Shown here piece by piece: positions 62,887 through 64,000 of a stretch of DNA of 64,000 nt. The translations under genes were made by a program, and so were the position numbers. The stretch is from positions 372,001 through 436,000 of the forward strand of contig CBFFRP010000150.1 in the NCBI GenBank assembly GCA_965644295.1. Direction: 5' to 3'. The notes under the pieces are model-generated. The model was not told where the DNA came from and ran no database searches. It worked only from the letters and a program-made list of their open reading frames with translations. This DNA is from Paraphysomonas bandaiensis (lineage: Eukaryota; Protista; Chrysophyceae). Within the stretch, counting starts at the first letter, position 1; every line of letters begins with the position of its first letter.

Positions 62887-63382
62887 GATGACGGGTGATA
62901 TGAGGGGTTACACTGTGTATGGAGAGGTATGGAGCTCATGGGAGATGGATATGTGTGTGTGGATTATGAATGATACTGTTGGTTGTTTCTGTATGGGACA
63001 TACAGCAGCAGAATATACTGTACCTCTACAGGCTTTATGATACGGCACAGAGAGTAGGATTCCTGCAGTACTCATATATACACATACACAAGATGTACCT
63101 ACCTACATTCACATATGTACGTATACATACATACTATACTGCTGTGCTGTACATCGATTGTACATACATTCCTACATCCCACACTAGAAACTGAAATTAA
63201 TTGTGAGTTTGACCATTGAAGATTCTATAGTGAAAAAAAAGATGAAACGTTTCATTTTGATAGTTATCTGCTTTTAATTAACGTCTGAGAGTATTATACT
63301 CGTCAGTGCATCAATTGCTTCCTGTAGAGCATATTACAAGCTTATTTTACACGTATCGTTTTTGTTATTATCTGTGGGTACT

Positions 63383-63982
63383 ATGTCACAGCGAGGTCGC
63401 GGACTTTTGGAAGTTAATCCATCTCCAAACCCTTTTTTCCAGACTACATCCTCCGATATTGGGTCCAAAATAGATCAACGAGCGGCTGTTCAGTGGACAA
63501 GACCAGATCTTCCCGAGGAGTATGATGATAATCAAGAGCAATCTCCCCAAAAAAGTACTAAAGATTACGGAGAAGATTTCTCATTTCTCTATGCACGATC
63601 GTCTGATGTCATTGGTGGTAAGTTGGACAAGAAAGTTAGTAAAATGGCCGCTTGTATGGATACCGCACCTTGCAAGCATCGGAAAACGTGCCGTATTTCA
63701 GCAGCTAGTGCGAGGGAGGAAAGTAAAGTTATAAAACAGGATGTTGAGAAGGTTCTGCAGTCGTACAAACACAATCCCAAAGATGAAAATCCTCTGTATA
63801 CAACATCAACAAATGAGTACGGGAAAAAGACCCCAAGTATAGCCACATATGTGTCCGAGAGAGCAAGCCGCCCTCAGGGATTTTCGAAGAGCTTTAACGG
63901 AATTAAACCGAAGAATAGCAGTTTGAACACTTCTCTGACTAAGTCAACTGTTCATCCGAAACTGGATCCACAATTCATGTAA
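63383..63982 (+). CDS. PIERCE1/2-like (C9orf116/C15orf65) flagellar microtubule inner protein
   Basis: The C-terminal NPLYTTSTNEYGKKTPS...FSKSF...NSSLNTSLTKSTVH resembles the PIERCE signature YRTT...YG..P.....FS.......N...N. A second NPFFQTTSSDIG motif lies near the N-terminus. Confidence 0.7.
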   Translation: MSQRGRGLLEVNPSPNPFFQTTSSDIGSKIDQRAAVQWTRPDLPEEYDDNQEQSPQKSTKDYGEDFSFLYARSSDVIGGKLDKKVSKMAACMDTAPCKHRKTCRISAASAREESKVIKQDVEKVLQSYKHNPKDENPLYTTSTNEYGKKTPSIATYVSERASRPQGFSKSFNGIKPKNSSLNTSLTKSTVHPKLDPQFM

Positions 63983-64000
63983 TGTTGTTTTGTAAGTTTC

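Overview
Gene-dense eukaryotic nuclear DNA with short (mostly about 45-60 bp) GT-AG introns. It is most likely from a flagellated, silicifying stramenopile (chrysophyte-like). That assignment is an inference from a full 10-TM silicon transporter (SIT) plus PIERCE-like and roadblock dynein genes. About 21 protein genes are supported: uridine kinase, Mpv17+EF-hand, DCP2, EMC2, quinone oxidoreductase, DYRKP-like kinase, CDPK-like kinase, H+-PPase, cactin, SIT, RPS13, Rab8-like, ankyrin protein, roadblock, enoyl-CoA hydratase, KTI12, RAB3GAP1, ureide permease-like, Kelch-BTB, PIERCE-like and two coiled-coil proteins, plus one large fusion. Many are arranged as head-to-head pairs whose shared upstream regions are TATG/TACA-rich. 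Main highlights: (1) an intronless 1008-aa three-domain fusion (polytopic membrane domain + SAM methyltransferase + COG2907-like FAD oxidoreductase), a candidate single-chain lipid-modification enzyme; (2) a SIT whose two halves are unusually alike; (3) a perfect 140-bp inverted repeat built from a Copia-like integrase fragment. The window also has several DNA-transposon/MITE remnants, a dispersed repeat family and a local pseudogenised copy of uridine kinase. Exon boundaries were read by eye and are approximate.
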